A stretch of 49,998 nt of DNA from a virus (Duplodnaviria > Caudoviricetes). The DNA lies in IMG/VR virus record IMGVR_UViG_3300032373_000017, positions 1 through 49,998 of that record, one strand, 5' to 3'. Positions 6,556-16,660 of this stretch are shown one piece after another (the stretch's first letter is position 1; each line of letters starts with the position of its first letter). The translations under genes and the position numbers were made by a program. The notes under the pieces are model-generated. The model had not been told where the DNA came from. It made no database searches and worked only from the letters and a program-made list of their open reading frames with translations.

Positions 6556-8083
6556 CACACACCTAGACGAGATTAGACAATTAGCTGAAGATGACTTATA
6601 CACCTTTGCACGTCTAATACATCCAGAGCGTGAATATGGTGAGATTCATAAGAAAGTTTTCCGGTGGCTTCAAGACTGTGAAACACCTAATGCTTTATTG
6701 CTGCTCCCTAGAGCACATATGAAGAGCCATTGTATAGAAGTGTGGTGTTGTTGGTGGATTACTAAGCATCCAGATACATCTATACTATACATGTCTGCAA
6801 CCACTACGTTAGCAGAAGCTCAGCTATATGCTATTAAGAACACTCTCACCAGTCCAATCTATGCAAGATATTGGCCTGAGATGATTAACCCAGAAGAGGG
6901 TAAGAGAGAGAAGTGGACTACTGGAGCTATATCTGTAGACCACCCAAAGCGTAAAGCGGAAGGTGTGCGAGACTTCACTGTATTTGCAGCTGGCATAACA
7001 ACTAACACCACTGGGCTTCATGCAGAGGTTGTAGTGGGAGATGATGTCGTTGTACCAGATAATGCTTACACAGAAGATGGACGCACTAAGTGTGCTAATG
7101 CTATGTCTCAAGCAGCGTCTATTTTGAATACTGGCGGTATATTTAGAGCTTGTGGTACACGCTACCACCCAGCAGATCAATATGCCACTTGGAAAGATCA
7201 AGAGATGCCGGTGTTTGATGATGATGGTGGAGTTATCGGTCAAGAGAAGATTTGGGACATCCTTGAAGAAGTGGTGGAAGTTGATGGCACATTCTTGTGG
7301 CCACGCACAGCACGATCTGATGGGAAGTTGTTTGGCTTTGATAGTAGTGAGTTGGCTAGGATTAGTGCTATGTATTCAGATAGGGTACAATTTTATGCAC
7401 AATATTATAATGATCCCAACGACCCTGAGAGTCAGAGATTTGACATCTCTAGATTTCAGTATTATGATAAGAAACACTTAAAGTATAGCCAAGGTAAGTG
7501 GTGGTTTCAGAATGAGAAGCTCAACATATTTGCTGGTATTGACTTTGCCTTCTCTTTAAGTAAGAAGGCAGATTATTCTGCTATTGTAGTTGCTGGGATA
7601 GATGCAGCTAACAATGTATATGTATTAGATATTGATCGGTTTAAGACCGATAAGATTGCAGAGTATTATGATAAGATTGATAGAATGCATCAGAAGTGGA
7701 GTTTTAGACGACTTCGTGCAGAAGTGACTGTAGCGCAAGCTGTTATTGTCCGAGATCTTAAAGATAGGTTTAGGCAGAATGGAAGCTTAATTAGCATCGA
7801 CGAACATAGACCTACTCGACACCAAGGATCTAAGGAAGAGAGAATAGCAGCTGCGCTGGAGCCACGATACGAGAATCAACAGATATGGCACTATAAAGGT
7901 GGCTATATACCAGTGTTAGAAGAAGAGTTAATTATGGCACGCCCTCCACATGATGATGTGAAGGATTGCTTAGCATCTGTAGTTGAGATAATAAAAGCAC
8001 CTAAAGACGTTGGTAGGAATATAGCTGACGTTACGGATAATAATATTTACCACGGACGCTTCGGTGGCATAGCGTTCCGCTAG
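6548..8083 (+). CDS. terL: Terminase large subunit
   Basis: PRAHMKS Walker A variant, VVGDD Walker B, GTRY, GIDFA and HDDVKD nuclease motifs. Confidence 0.93.
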   Translation: MANTHLDEIRQLAEDDLYTFARLIHPEREYGEIHKKVFRWLQDCETPNALLLLPRAHMKSHCIEVWCCWWITKHPDTSILYMSATTTLAEAQLYAIKNTLTSPIYARYWPEMINPEEGKREKWTTGAISVDHPKRKAEGVRDFTVFAAGITTNTTGLHAEVVVGDDVVVPDNAYTEDGRTKCANAMSQAASILNTGGIFRACGTRYHPADQYATWKDQEMPVFDDDGGVIGQEKIWDILEEVVEVDGTFLWPRTARSDGKLFGFDSSELARISAMYSDRVQFYAQYYNDPNDPESQRFDISRFQYYDKKHLKYSQGKWWFQNEKLNIFAGIDFAFSLSKKADYSAIVVAGIDAANNVYVLDIDRFKTDKIAEYYDKIDRMHQKWSFRRLRAEVTVAQAVIVRDLKDRFRQNGSLISIDEHRPTRHQGSKEERIAAALEPRYENQQIWHYKGGYIPVLEEELIMARPPHDDVKDCLASVVEIIKAPKDVGRNIADVTDNNIYHGRFGGIAFR

Positions 8084-8091
8084 GAGATTTA

Positions 8092-9876
8092 ATGATTACA
8101 GATAGTGTACTAGAAGCTACTAGGATGCTTGAGCGTACAGGTATGGCTGATTTTATATCAGTTCAATGGGATATGCTCAAAGGACAACGTAGTGGTAGAG
8201 AGGCAGATTGGAGAGAATTACGCAATTATATATTTGCGTTAGATACACGCTCCACTACTAACTCATCGCTTCCGTGGAAGAATTGTACAACCATACCAAA
8301 GCTTACACAGATTAGAGACAACCTGCATGCCAATTATATGGCAGCAGAATTCCCTAATGACAGATTCTTTAAATGGGAAGCCTATACAAAAGAAGCTGCT
8401 GAGAAGAAAAAAGAAGAAGCTATACAAGCTTATATCTCTAATAAAGTTAGAGAGAGTGGTTATAGAGAAACCATGAGTAAGCTTTTATATGATTATATAG
8501 ATTATGGAATAGCTATCTCTGATGCTGTATGGGTGGACGAGAGGAAAGAAGATGAGCATGGTGAAGTAGTACAAGGCTACGTAGGCCCAAAGCTTATCCG
8601 CATCTCTCCACACGATCATGTATTTGATGCTTCAGCTTTAGATTATTCTTCTGCATGGAAGATTACTAGAAGCGTTAGACGCTTTGGTGAGTTTGAGCTA
8701 GAAGCTAAGAGTAACCCATCGGAATGGATTGATAGCGCCTTAACTTATGCTAAAGAGACACGCTCGCGACTATCTGGATTTAGTAAAGACGATTTCGACA
8801 AGGCTTCTGCTTATAGTGTGGATGGCTTTGGTAGTTTATTCGAGTATTATGGATCAGGCTTTGTTGAGCTATTAGAGTTTGAAGGTACTATCCATGACCC
8901 TATAACTGGTGAATTATTAGATGATTATATAATCACAGTTATTGATAGACGGCAAGTTATTCGTAAAGAGCCCATCCCTGCATGGAAACGTGGTGGATAT
9001 AAAACTATGGTTGGCTGGAGACATAGACCAGACAATTTATATTCTATGGGGCCATTAGATAATTTAGTTGGTATGCAATACCGTCTAGATCATCTACAAA
9101 ACCTTGCAGCAGATATTAGGGATTTAACAGCAGCACCACCTTTAGTTATTAAAGGTGATTTGACAGAAGCTGTTAAGTGGGGGCCTTTTGCAGAGTTTCA
9201 CGTAGAGCCTGATGGGGATGTACGTCCGTTGTTTACAGGCAGTGATCTAGCTGGTGTAGAGAGTGAGATGTCAGCTATTATATCTCTTATGGAAGAGATG
9301 GCTGGAGCACCCAAGCAGGCTATGGGCATTAGAACACCAGGAGAGAAGACAGCTCATGAAGTACAGAGCTTGGATAATGCTGCTGGTAGAATATTCCAAG
9401 AAAAGACCACCCAATTTGAATTAGGTGTTGTAGAACCTTCGCTAAATAACTTTTTAGAGATGGCCGTATATAACATGAATGGCCCTGACATAATCAGGGT
9501 TATGGATGATGATTTAGGTGTAGCTGAGTTCTTACAGATAACAAAAGAAGATATTACAGCTAAAGGTAAGTTGCGTCCTATAGGAGCTAGACACTTTGCT
9601 TCACAAGCACAGCTTACACAAAACCTTACAGGTTTAGCCAATTCCCCTATCTGGCAGAAGATTGAGCCACATATAGGAGATAAGAAGCTTGCTAAGCTAT
9701 TTGAAGAAACTTTACAAGTAGATAGATTTGATCTAGTTAGTGATAATGCTGGCTTGATGGATAAGGTTGAATCTCAACGTCTAATGCAGCAAGGTCAAGA
9801 AGATCTAGCTGTAGAACAGCAAACCCCTATAGAAGGAGAGGATGTTGGAGATCAAGCCGGTTTGGCTCAAGGATAA
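8092..9876 (+). CDS. Portal protein
   Basis: 594 aa after terL; GIRTPGEKTAHEV portal motif. Confidence 0.9.
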   Translation: MITDSVLEATRMLERTGMADFISVQWDMLKGQRSGREADWRELRNYIFALDTRSTTNSSLPWKNCTTIPKLTQIRDNLHANYMAAEFPNDRFFKWEAYTKEAAEKKKEEAIQAYISNKVRESGYRETMSKLLYDYIDYGIAISDAVWVDERKEDEHGEVVQGYVGPKLIRISPHDHVFDASALDYSSAWKITRSVRRFGEFELEAKSNPSEWIDSALTYAKETRSRLSGFSKDDFDKASAYSVDGFGSLFEYYGSGFVELLEFEGTIHDPITGELLDDYIITVIDRRQVIRKEPIPAWKRGGYKTMVGWRHRPDNLYSMGPLDNLVGMQYRLDHLQNLAADIRDLTAAPPLVIKGDLTEAVKWGPFAEFHVEPDGDVRPLFTGSDLAGVESEMSAIISLMEEMAGAPKQAMGIRTPGEKTAHEVQSLDNAAGRIFQEKTTQFELGVVEPSLNNFLEMAVYNMNGPDIIRVMDDDLGVAEFLQITKEDITAKGKLRPIGARHFASQAQLTQNLTGLANSPIWQKIEPHIGDKKLAKLFEETLQVDRFDLVSDNAGLMDKVESQRLMQQGQEDLAVEQQTPIEGEDVGDQAGLAQG

Positions 9877-10096
9877 AGATGAGCAATTCTGTAAAGAGTT
9901 AAAAGAAGACTTTCTATCCTGCTCCCTCACTAGAGGGAGGTTGGTGGAGATCTTAGAAAGTAAAATTGATCATAGCTTACGGCAAATGCGTAAAGCAACT
10001 CGGAGTGCTATACCCAATCTCTCTGAGTATTATGCTGACGAATTAGCTACACAAAAAGCTTTTGAATATGTAATTTCACTAATCAAAGAGAACTAA
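9842..10096 (+). CDS. Hypothetical head-module protein
   Basis: 84 aa, strong RBS, between portal and scaffold. Confidence 0.7.
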   Translation: MLEIKPVWLKDKDEQFCKELKEDFLSCSLTRGRLVEILESKIDHSLRQMRKATRSAIPNLSEYYADELATQKAFEYVISLIKEN

Positions 10097-10098
10097 AT

Positions 10099-10803
10099 AT
10101 GTCCGATAGTAACCCTATTGAAACTACTACTAACCCGCAAGAGCCACAAACTCCTGCACAACCAGTTGTTCAACCTGATCCTAATTCTTTGTTTGCAGAC
10201 CAGCTAGCAAGTATTAAGGCTGATGACGGACGACAAAAGTATGCTGATGTAACAACTGCCTTAGCCTCTCTTCCTCATGCACAAACTCACATTAGTGAGC
10301 AAGCAGCTCGTATTAAAGAGTTAGAAGAGCAAGTTAATAAGCAAGCGGGAATGGAATCCATACTTGAGCAACTTAAGTCACAGCAAGAAGCCGTCGTAGC
10401 AACACCAGCTGCTGAAGGTATTGATGAGACTACGCTAGCACAAATGCTTGATGCAAAGCTAGCAGAACGGGAAGCAACACAAAAGGCTAGTACAAACCAA
10501 GCTAAAGTGTTGGGTAAGCTAGGTGAGAAATATGGAGATAAAGCGGAAGAGTTATTTAATAGCAAAGCAGAAACCTTAGGGGTGTCTGTTGGCTTCTTAA
10601 GTGATTTAGCCCGTAAAGCTCCAGATGCCGTATTAGCTTATTTTAACGAGGCAGCCCTATCGCCGAGTAATCCCACACAAGGGACAGTCAATACAAACGC
10701 ATTACAGCAACCACAACAACCTTCTACAGAGCACTTAGATATATTCAAAAGTGGTACTAGTGGTACGGTTAGCAAGTGGCGAGCTGTAGCACAAAAAACT
10801 TAA
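10099..10803 (+). CDS. Capsid scaffolding protein
   Basis: Q/P-rich, coiled-coil, immediately before the major capsid gene. Confidence 0.8.
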   Translation: MSDSNPIETTTNPQEPQTPAQPVVQPDPNSLFADQLASIKADDGRQKYADVTTALASLPHAQTHISEQAARIKELEEQVNKQAGMESILEQLKSQQEAVVATPAAEGIDETTLAQMLDAKLAEREATQKASTNQAKVLGKLGEKYGDKAEELFNSKAETLGVSVGFLSDLARKAPDAVLAYFNEAALSPSNPTQGTVNTNALQQPQQPSTEHLDIFKSGTSGTVSKWRAVAQKT

Positions 10804-10818
10804 TATAGGAATTAGCGA

Positions 10819-11790
10819 ATGTCGCAAACTACTGGTAATACAACTGCCTTTATTGAGGCAACTCAATACTCAGACTTCATCTTAACCAATCTACATGACG
10901 GACTGTTGCCTGGCAACTTCTATCGTAATGTATCTGATTTTGGTGAAGGTACAACTCTAAACATCAAGACCATCGGTTCTACTACAATCCAAGAGATTAC
11001 AGAGAACGAAGATCTTACTTACAACCCAATTGATACAGGCACGGTGCAGCTACAGATTACCGATTATATCGGTGATGCTTGGTATATCACTGATGTACTA
11101 CGCCAAGATGGCTCACAACTTGAAGCTTTACACGCAGCTCGTGCGCAAGAAGCTACACGTGCAATTCAAGAGAACTTTGAGACACGGTTCTTATCTGTTA
11201 TGAACTCTGCTCAAACAGCAGCAGATCGTAACTTGATTAATGGTTTCTCACATCGTTTCCGTGCCTCTGGTACGAATGAAACGCTAAGTGAAGCTGATTT
11301 GATTGATATGGCGTTAGCTTTCAACAAAGCTAATGTACCTATGAATGGGCGTATTGCCATCGTAGATCCTGTATCAGCAGCTGCCTTCAGTAAGCGAGCA
11401 CAGCTAACATCTAATTTAGATGCAGCATCATCTCTAACACAAGATTTGGTTAAGAATGGCTTTGCTAAAGAGCATACATTTGTAACTGACTTGTATGGCT
11501 GGCAGATCTGGACGTCTAATCGTCTACCTGCATTAGATGGCGAAGCACTAACTTTATTTGATGGCACTAGCTCTGCATCAACAGATGGTGTAGCTAACTT
11601 GTTCATGTGTATTGCAGATGACAACACCACTCCTGGTATGGTTGCTTGGAGACAACAGCCAAAAGTAGAGACTGGTCGAGATCGAAGCAAGAAGCGAGAT
11701 GAGTTTGACCAAACAGCTCGTTGGGGTGTAGGGCCACAGCGTGTAGATACGCTTGGTGTAATCCGTACCTCAGCAACAGCAACCGTATAA
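10819..11790 (+). CDS. Major capsid protein
   Basis: 323 aa; size, position and sequence pattern of podovirus HK97-fold capsids. Confidence 0.9.
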   Translation: MSQTTGNTTAFIEATQYSDFILTNLHDGLLPGNFYRNVSDFGEGTTLNIKTIGSTTIQEITENEDLTYNPIDTGTVQLQITDYIGDAWYITDVLRQDGSQLEALHAARAQEATRAIQENFETRFLSVMNSAQTAADRNLINGFSHRFRASGTNETLSEADLIDMALAFNKANVPMNGRIAIVDPVSAAAFSKRAQLTSNLDAASSLTQDLVKNGFAKEHTFVTDLYGWQIWTSNRLPALDGEALTLFDGTSSASTDGVANLFMCIADDNTTPGMVAWRQQPKVETGRDRSKKRDEFDQTARWGVGPQRVDTLGVIRTSATATV

Positions 11791-11803
11791 TAGGAGAATA
11801 ATT

Positions 11804-12277
11804 ATGGGTTTTGAAAGTAATACAGGTTTAGGTGTCTTTAACCAATATGGCACACGAGGCGTCGAAGACGGCGTAGTTAGTGGTGGTGAACTTCATGGCC
11901 AAGGTGGCTCTACCTTTGAGAAGGTGGTGTACATTACAGGTGATGACTTTGATGGAGGTACTTCCTTCAATACACAACTAACACTTCCAGCAGGATCTTT
12001 TCCTATAGAAGCCGTGTTTGAAGTAGGTGAAGCATTTACTTTAGGTAATGCCGATAACGTATTTAACATTGGTACAGATACGTCGGAGTCTACAAATGGC
12101 TTTGCTATTGCAAATCCCGATGTAGCAGGTACTACCAAAGATACGTCAGGTGCTGGTACTTGGGCAGCAGCTCTAGCAGCAGACACTGCCGTTGGTGTAT
12201 CAGTCACTGGTACTACCGCAGGTGTAACAGCTGGCAGCGGTACTGCTAAAGTGATTTTACGTTATACTAAGATCTAA
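11804..12277 (+). CDS. Capsid decoration/minor head protein
   Basis: G/T/A-rich beta protein co-transcribed with capsid before a terminator. Confidence 0.65.
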   Translation: MGFESNTGLGVFNQYGTRGVEDGVVSGGELHGQGGSTFEKVVYITGDDFDGGTSFNTQLTLPAGSFPIEAVFEVGEAFTLGNADNVFNIGTDTSESTNGFAIANPDVAGTTKDTSGAGTWAAALAADTAVGVSVTGTTAGVTAGSGTAKVILRYTKI

Positions 12278-12283
12278 ACTATG

Positions 12284-12308
12284 AACCCCCGAAAGGGGGT
12301 TTCTTTTC
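12284..12308 (+). terminator. Rho-independent terminator
   Basis: AACCCCC-GAAA-GGGGGTT followed by a T-rich tail. Confidence 0.85.
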
Positions 12309-12318
12309 TGGAAATTCT

Positions 12319-12609
12319 ATGAAGCTTACAAAAGATACTCCTATCTCTGCACCCTTTGCCTTTGAGGGGGTTATTAATTTGTTAATAACTGGAGGTACAG
12401 GAACTGTTACGCTAGAGCGTAAGCTTGGTGATTCAGACTTCCATCCACTATCTACAAACATTACAGGTGGAGTGGCACAATTTGTTTGTACTGGAGGTTG
12501 TGCTTATAATGGCACACTAGAAGAGAGAGGTGTTGATGTAACCTACAGGTTATCAGCAGACTTAGATAGCGGTGAGGTTGAATACTTTATATCGAGGGCT
12601 AAAAGATAA
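12319..12609 (+). CDS. Hypothetical, small beta-rich protein
   Basis: 96-aa ORF coupled to the next gene (TAATG). Confidence 0.7.
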   Translation: MKLTKDTPISAPFAFEGVINLLITGGTGTVTLERKLGDSDFHPLSTNITGGVAQFVCTGGCAYNGTLEERGVDVTYRLSADLDSGEVEYFISRAKR

Positions 12610-13112
12610 TGCTTCTTTCTGGACTACCTAATATACAAGATGGTACTTCTGATGCCCTATTAGAGTTATTATCTAAACCAAAGAAAGCTGAAGAAGCACT
12701 AAAGCGCCTCAAGGCTGAAAACACTAAGCTAGTTAAAGCCACAAAAGATTTAATGAAGGCTAAGAGCCTGACGGTTTATTGCAAAGAACAAGAAAAGAAT
12801 GCAGAGAAAGCTAAGCAAACAGCTTTAGATGCTATAGCTGATATAGCAGAAGAGCGGGAAGCTACCTCTTTAGTTCATATAAAAGAGATGAAAGAGCTTA
12901 AAGCCGCGAGTGCTGCTTTAACTAAGAAAGAAAAATCTATTAAAGATAAACAAAAGCTATTAGATACGCAGGAACTTAGTTTAATAGAAGACTTTAAGTT
13001 ACTAGAAGAGACTAAAGTTTCCGTAGATAAGCAGTATACAGAATCTTTATCTATTAAAACGGAGTATGAGGTAAAGTTAGCTGATCTTAAAGAACGTATG
13101 CGAGGACTATGA
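12609..13112 (+). CDS. Coiled-coil hypothetical protein
   Basis: K/E-rich heptad pattern. Confidence 0.7.
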   Translation: MLLSGLPNIQDGTSDALLELLSKPKKAEEALKRLKAENTKLVKATKDLMKAKSLTVYCKEQEKNAEKAKQTALDAIADIAEEREATSLVHIKEMKELKAASAALTKKEKSIKDKQKLLDTQELSLIEDFKLLEETKVSVDKQYTESLSIKTEYEVKLADLKERMRGL

Positions 13113-13113
13113 G

Positions 13114-13344
13114 ATGGATAGAGTAGTCCCAGCAGTAGTTAGCGTTAGCGGAGCTAGTGCTATAGTAGTAGGGAAAAAGTCGTTGGAAACAGAGAAGCAG
13201 TCATTATTAACTATTGATATGTTCCCATCTGATTGGGTATATGCTTTTACTACTGGAGAATTGTTATCTGTAATAGGCTTCACTTTCACAGCAGTGGCAG
13301 TATATTTTTCAGTCAGACGATATTTAGAGGATAAAAGTGAATAA
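13114..13344 (+). CDS. Small membrane protein (holin/antiholin candidate)
   Basis: C-terminal TM segment; first gene of lysis cluster. Confidence 0.5.
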   Translation: MDRVVPAVVSVSGASAIVVGKKSLETEKQSLLTIDMFPSDWVYAFTTGELLSVIGFTFTAVAVYFSVRRYLEDKSE

Positions 13345-13345
13345 C

Positions 13346-13510
13346 ATGAATAAAGCAAAATTATATGCACTACTTAGACAGCCGTCAACGTATGCAGGTA
13401 TTGTAGGTTTAATCGTAACAGGTTTTGGTTTAGAGGCATTTTCACCAGAGCAAGTTACTGGGGCGATAGCCTCTTTAGCAGCTATCTTTTTACCTGAAGG
13501 TAAAGAATAG
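13346..13510 (+). CDS. Holin candidate (54 aa, two TM segments)
   Basis: MNKAKLYALLRQPSTYAGIVGLIVTGFG...AIASLAAIFLPEGKE; below track cutoff. Confidence 0.65.
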   Translation: MNKAKLYALLRQPSTYAGIVGLIVTGFGLEAFSPEQVTGAIASLAAIFLPEGKE

Positions 13511-13710
13511 TGGAATGGGCTGTAATAGGGCTAGGTTTACTATTATTTGGAGGTTGGCTCCTTTACGGCCTAGTTAATAAACCAGCAGTTAAGCTCGAAG
13601 AGGAGTACACAGAATATGCAGAAACTATGGAAGCTATGCGGAAAGCTGACCTTGAGCTTAATGATCCTGCTTATCGTCAGCGGTTGCTCGACGAAGATAA
13701 TCAGAACTGA
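13510..13710 (+). CDS. Inner-membrane spanin (Rz-like)
   Basis: N-terminal TM plus helical tail; overlapped by a lipoprotein gene. Confidence 0.6.
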   Translation: MEWAVIGLGLLLFGGWLLYGLVNKPAVKLEEEYTEYAETMEAMRKADLELNDPAYRQRLLDEDNQN

Positions 13711-13828
13711 TACGTTCTGCGAACAATACATATACCAAAAGAATTATAAAGCTTGTCCAACACATACAGTGGAGGACTTGTTAAAAATAAATAATCGTTA
13801 TAAACATAAATGTATAGGAAATAAATAA
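13616..13828 (+). CDS. Outer-membrane spanin lipoprotein (Rz1-like)
   Basis: Signal peptide with lipobox VSG-C; overlaps the i-spanin in another frame. Confidence 0.65.
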   Translation: MQKLWKLCGKLTLSLMILLIVSGCSTKIIRTDTFCEQYIYQKNYKACPTHTVEDLLKINNRYKHKCIGNK

Positions 13829-13829
13829 C

Positions 13830-14258
13830 ATGGCAGCAGATGCTTGGGTAATGCACGATAGATTTAAAGAGTATAAAGGGGATAACACCATTGATATGGA
13901 TGGGGATACCTTTGAAATGCGGTTGGCTACCTCTACAAGTAATATTGCAACAACCTCCGTAGGAGATGCAACTACAGTTACTAATGAAGTTAGTGGTAAT
14001 GGCTATGCCGCACAAGTAGTAGCTGCTACATGGGTAGGAAGTGGCGCAACTGTTACGTTTGATACAGCTGATGCTACGTTCACTGCCTCAGGGGGCTCTA
14101 TTACAGCACGATTTGCTTATGTAGTAGATACAACTACCACACCAGATGAAGTTGTGGCTCATTGTCTTTTAGATAACACTCCGGCAGATGTAACTGCTAC
14201 TGATGGAAACTCCTTAATTGTAGCTCCACATGCTAATGGAATATTTGCTGAATCATAA
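13830..14258 (+). CDS. Virion structural/appendage protein
   Basis: T/A-rich beta protein (D.DGDTF...NEVSGNGY...FTASGGSIT) of a type common in aquatic phages. Confidence 0.7.
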   Translation: MAADAWVMHDRFKEYKGDNTIDMDGDTFEMRLATSTSNIATTSVGDATTVTNEVSGNGYAAQVVAATWVGSGATVTFDTADATFTASGGSITARFAYVVDTTTTPDEVVAHCLLDNTPADVTATDGNSLIVAPHANGIFAES

Positions 14259-14267
14259 GGGGTAAAT

Positions 14268-16220
14268 ATGTCTACATTTCTAGATAATGTAGGGTATAAA
14301 GGAACCAAAGTAAGTAAGTTTGTTTACACTGTAGGTTCTCCCGAAGCAGGATTTAATGCCGCTCCTGATGGAGTGGTATCTGATTTCTATATACGCGATG
14401 ATTCTAATAATCAAGCAGCTGTTAGAGGTAGTAGAACTTCTACTACTTTTACTATTACAGAATATTACAGCGATAGTTTCCCTGTATTTGATTCTACAGT
14501 GGATATATTTTCATCTGTACCTGCAAAGAAGTTAAATGAGAATATACAAGGAGTAGCTGGACTATTATTTATAGGTCAGTCTCAAAACGCTGGTCATAAT
14601 ACAGGCAGAGATATAGCTAATGCTGACTACCCTAGTACAGACGTATATGAGTTTGTGCCTTCTGATGTAGGTTTTATGCGTGTAGCTGAAGTAGCACCTT
14701 TAGATCATCTATCAGGTTCTACTGGCTTAGCTATAACTTCTGCACTTAGTTATGGTAAGGCGTTAAAGCGCCAAGGTGTTAACCAAAGTGCTATTATTGC
14801 ACGGGCTCAAGGAAGTACGAGCTTCTCTGGAGGTCATTGGGTTCAGGGTGGGGCTAATTATGCGCTAGCACTAACTCGTACTCTAGAGTTCTTGGATGAG
14901 CACGACTCTCATTATCTACATACAATATCAATGGCTATAGGTGAGTCTGATGCGCAAGCAAGTGTAACAGCTCCAACTTTTGCTGGCTACTTATCTCAAT
15001 TTGCTTCTGATTTTAGAGCAGATGTTAAGTTAGGTGGTCATGATATAGATAATGTACCTTTAATCTTTCTTGGAATGAATAGTGAATTCCAAGCCTTTGG
15101 TACAGGAGTTGCGTTAGAAGCAGAGTTAGCTGATGCTCCAAACCAAATACCTTATTGTGGTTATTGTGAAACAGCTAGTTACGCTGTAGCTGACAATCCT
15201 CCTACGAATAATCATCATAATGATGACACACAAAGAACTATAGGTTGGGAGAAGTTATTTCCTAGTAGATTACAGGCTATGGCCAATAATGCTGCTTCAG
15301 ATACAACCATTACAGTTCCCGCAGGTAGTGTAACTCTTACAGGGTATGCACCTGTAGTTAGTATAGGTGGTAATATAGAAGTTACAGTTCCAACAGGAAG
15401 TGTGACACTAACTGGTTATGTTCCTACTGTAACTAATACAGCAGATACAACTATCGTTGTTCCTTCTGGAACTATAACTCTTACAGGGCAAGTGCCGGAT
15501 GTATCTGTAACTAACAACGTGTCTGTAGAAGTGCCTTCTGGAGCTGTATCCTTAACAGGACAAGTCCCAACAGTATCTGTTGTACCCGTAGCAGCAGCTA
15601 AGTTCTTACTACAGAAAGGTGTAGGTGTAACTACATCAGCTGGCCCTGGTACACTATTCCAACAATGGGATAACCAAGAAGGTACTGATAATCTTTATAA
15701 CTTAACTGGAAACTCCCTTAATACTCCAGATGAAAGTAGTGGTTCGGCTGACTTCTTCACCTTTGATTTAATGAATGCTGATGAGATTCACACATTACTC
15801 TCAGATGCTGATGGCTACACTTTAATAGTGGATGTAACCTTTGACGCAACAGGGTCAGGGACATTCTTTAGAGGTACAGAGAATAGTATCAATCAGGATG
15901 GTAGTGTGGTTGCACAAAATGCTGCTAACACTGGTAGCTTTGGAACGCCTACTACTGGAATCAGAACTACCTTAGCCGTATCTATAGATCATACGTTAGG
16001 AACTCCTACACTTAAGTTGTACAAAGATGAAGTGGAAGTGGATTCTGATACTACCTTATCTGCTGCGCAAACTGAGAGTTCTTCAGCAGGAGCTGTAGGG
16101 TTTGGTCAGGGAGGTGGTTCTGGAGGTAACTTCACACTACATAATGTATATCTCGAAGCTGGGGCTGGTAAGTCTTTAGCTGAGATTAGTACAATCATAT
16201 CCACTGAGTTTATAACATAA
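14268..16220 (+). CDS. Virion-associated SGNH (sialate O-acetylesterase-like) protein with repeats and C-terminal lectin/LamG-like region
   Basis: GQSQNAG, AQGSTS, GESDA and NNHH motifs; four VPxGxxTLTG repeats. Confidence 0.7.
   Translation: MSTFLDNVGYKGTKVSKFVYTVGSPEAGFNAAPDGVVSDFYIRDDSNNQAAVRGSRTSTTFTITEYYSDSFPVFDSTVDIFSSVPAKKLNENIQGVAGLLFIGQSQNAGHNTGRDIANADYPSTDVYEFVPSDVGFMRVAEVAPLDHLSGSTGLAITSALSYGKALKRQGVNQSAIIARAQGSTSFSGGHWVQGGANYALALTRTLEFLDEHDSHYLHTISMAIGESDAQASVTAPTFAGYLSQFASDFRADVKLGGHDIDNVPLIFLGMNSEFQAFGTGVALEAELADAPNQIPYCGYCETASYAVADNPPTNNHHNDDTQRTIGWEKLFPSRLQAMANNAASDTTITVPAGSVTLTGYAPVVSIGGNIEVTVPTGSVTLTGYVPTVTNTADTTIVVPSGTITLTGQVPDVSVTNNVSVEVPSGAVSLTGQVPTVSVVPVAAAKFLLQKGVGVTTSAGPGTLFQQWDNQEGTDNLYNLTGNSLNTPDESSGSADFFTFDLMNADEIHTLLSDADGYTLIVDVTFDATGSGTFFRGTENSINQDGSVVAQNAANTGSFGTPTTGIRTTLAVSIDHTLGTPTLKLYKDEVEVDSDTTLSAAQTESSSAGAVGFGQGGGSGGNFTLHNVYLEAGAGKSLAEISTIISTEFIT
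15307..15580 (+). repeat. Four ~23-24-aa repeats, (I/V)xVPxG(S/T/A)(V/I)(T/S)LTGxxPxV
   Basis: Visible in the translation; two more copies in the next gene (~16292-16415). Confidence 0.8.
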
Positions 16221-16660
16221 TGCTTGGCTTTGGTGCGTTAAATCAATTTGCACTTAACGGACAGACATTTCCTGTAGCGGTAGGAGATGTAACTATCTCT
16301 GTACCTACAGGGGTTATTACATTAACTACCTACCCACCAGTAATAACAGCTGGTGGTGAGGTTTTAGTGGAAGTGCCTACGGGCATAGTGACACTAACAG
16401 GGTATGCCCCTGATGTCTATATTTCTAAACTAACAGAACAGGATATACAAAGAATTGTGGATTCTATATTTAGTAGAGTTATAGAGAATGGAGAAACCTT
16501 TGAAGAAGCTATACGTCTTATAAGAGCTGAGGCTGCTGGTAAGCTAGCAGTTGCTGGTAATACAGTGACTATTAGAGATGCAGCAGATAGTAAGGATCGT
16601 ATAACAGCTACAGTAGATTCTAATGGACAGCGTACAGCTATTATAACGGATGCAACCTAG
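16220..16660 (+). CDS. Appendage adaptor protein with two copies of the same repeat
   Basis: VPTGVITLTTYPP and VPTGIVTLTGYAP. Confidence 0.65.
   Translation: MLGFGALNQFALNGQTFPVAVGDVTISVPTGVITLTTYPPVITAGGEVLVEVPTGIVTLTGYAPDVYISKLTEQDIQRIVDSIFSRVIENGETFEEAIRLIRAEAAGKLAVAGNTVTIRDAADSKDRITATVDSNGQRTAIITDAT

Noticed and set aside
10819-12277. Capsid frameshift or read-through extension
   Set aside because: Double stop TAATAG, no slippery site, and the next gene has its own AGGAG RBS
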